From NCBI GenBank assembly GCA_040260805.1, contig JBDQPD010000043.1, positions 1 to 25,951 on the forward strand: 25,951 nt of DNA. The letters are read 5' to 3'. The notes below the pieces were generated by a model. The model did no database searches. It saw only the letters and a program-made list of their open reading frames with translations, and was not told the origin of the DNA. Shown here in pieces: positions 25,197 to 25,951 of this stretch. How positions within the stretch are numbered: the first letter of the stretch is position 1; every line of letters starts with the position of its first letter. Made by a program: the position numbers and the translations under genes. The stretch is from Myxococcota bacterium. GTDB lineage: Bacteria; Myxococcota; UBA4151.

Positions 25197-25951
25197 GTGA
25201 CTCGTAACTGCCTGCTTTTTACGCTGTGTGCTAGCCTAGCTCCTGGCATTGCCTTTGCTCAGGATGATGATTTCCTGTCGGATGCGGTGGTGGAGACTGA
25301 GGTCGAGAAGAAGCCGCAGCAGCCTTTGTTCCTGATTCCGCTCCAGCCAGTGTGGAAGACCATCGAGCCAGGGCGCATCGATGAAGCGGTCAAAAACATC
25401 GCCGCCGAGCTGAGCGAGTCGGGCGGGTTCAACGTGGAGCAATACAACCCTCGGCTAGGCAGCACGGCTTTTGAGGACCCTGAGCCACGGTTACGTCAAC
25501 GCTGGCTCAAAGAGATTCGGATGGCAGAAAACAACACGCGCAAGCGTCGCTTCTCGCAAGCGATCAAGGCGGCTGGACGCGTGGTGCGTCAGGTGATGCA
25601 GAACCCGCAGCACCTGCGCGATCCGAACCTTTATTGCCGCTCGATGATCTTAGTGGCTGAAGGCGAACTGCGGCGCGGTCGGCGCAACAAGACCATGAGT
25701 ATTCTCGATATCGTTGCCTCTTCGTGCGCCGAACTCTTTGACGCCAAAGGGGCTGCTGAGCTCTCGGACGCCTTCGGTGAACTGCTCGCCGATGCGATCG
25801 CTGAGGTGCGTCGTCGCAGCGCAGGGACCTTGATCGTTCAAGCCGATGAACCCGGAGCAGAGGTCTACCTCAACGGCACCAAGCTCGGTAATGCGCCCCT
25901 GGTTGTACGCAATCTGCCGCCGGCACGTCATCTGTTGGCTGTGGTCAAGGC
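25197..25951 (+). CDS. Secreted PEGA-domain protein, runs off the right edge
   Basis: Not in the ORF track. GGAG RBS then GTG 25197. Signal peptide MTRNCLLFTLCASLAPGIAFA-QDD, a helical TPR-like middle, and PEGA GTLIVQADEPGAEVYLNGTKLGNAPLVVRNLPPARHLLAVVK. No stop in the window. Confidence 0.88.
   Translation, partial: MTRNCLLFTLCASLAPGIAFAQDDDFLSDAVVETEVEKKPQQPLFLIPLQPVWKTIEPGRIDEAVKNIAAELSESGGFNVEQYNPRLGSTAFEDPEPRLRQRWLKEIRMAENNTRKRRFSQAIKAAGRVVRQVMQNPQHLRDPNLYCRSMILVAEGELRRGRRNKTMSILDIVASSCAELFDAKGAAELSDAFGELLADAIAEVRRRSAGTLIVQADEPGAEVYLNGTKLGNAPLVVRNLPPARHLLAVVK

Noticed and set aside
1..25951. CRISPR array, prophage, IS element or defence island
   Set aside because: No regularly spaced repeats, transposase, integrase, phage or known defence genes are visible.

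Overview
GC-rich bacterial chromosomal segment, most likely from a Myxococcota-like (deltaproteobacterial) organism. That assignment is inferred from a PEGA-domain protein, a TerB/LETM1-like protein, a Cys-repeat lipoprotein, about 7 lipoproteins and the myxobacterial-type DsbA and PBP. It holds about 26 CDS. Housekeeping genes are rpoZ, rsmA, a deoxynucleoside kinase, panB, smpB, aspS, dapF and add. Accessory genes include an alpha-2-macroglobulin-family lipoprotein (cut by the left edge), a plant AAE17/18-like acyl-CoA synthetase, a cytochrome c lipoprotein, an SSS transporter, a phasin-like/Rho_N protein, an orphan histidine kinase and a PEGA protein (cut by the right edge). The two edge genes are absent from the ORF track. 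I see no tRNA, rRNA, CRISPR array, prophage or intact mobile element, and no clear multi-gene novel system. The best leads are: (i) a tandem TGACGC-N3-GYGTCA operator over a strong sigma70 promoter driving a phasin-like/HeH fusion; (ii) the first ~70-100 bp, which break the macroglobulin consensus and read on the other strand like a non-LTR reverse-transcriptase motif (chimeric join or insertion); (iii) a candidate pan RNA leader upstream of panB; (iv) a translationally coupled LETM1-like/add/DsbA operon; (v) several proteins of eukaryote-like families. All family assignments come from motif recognition by eye, without database searches.
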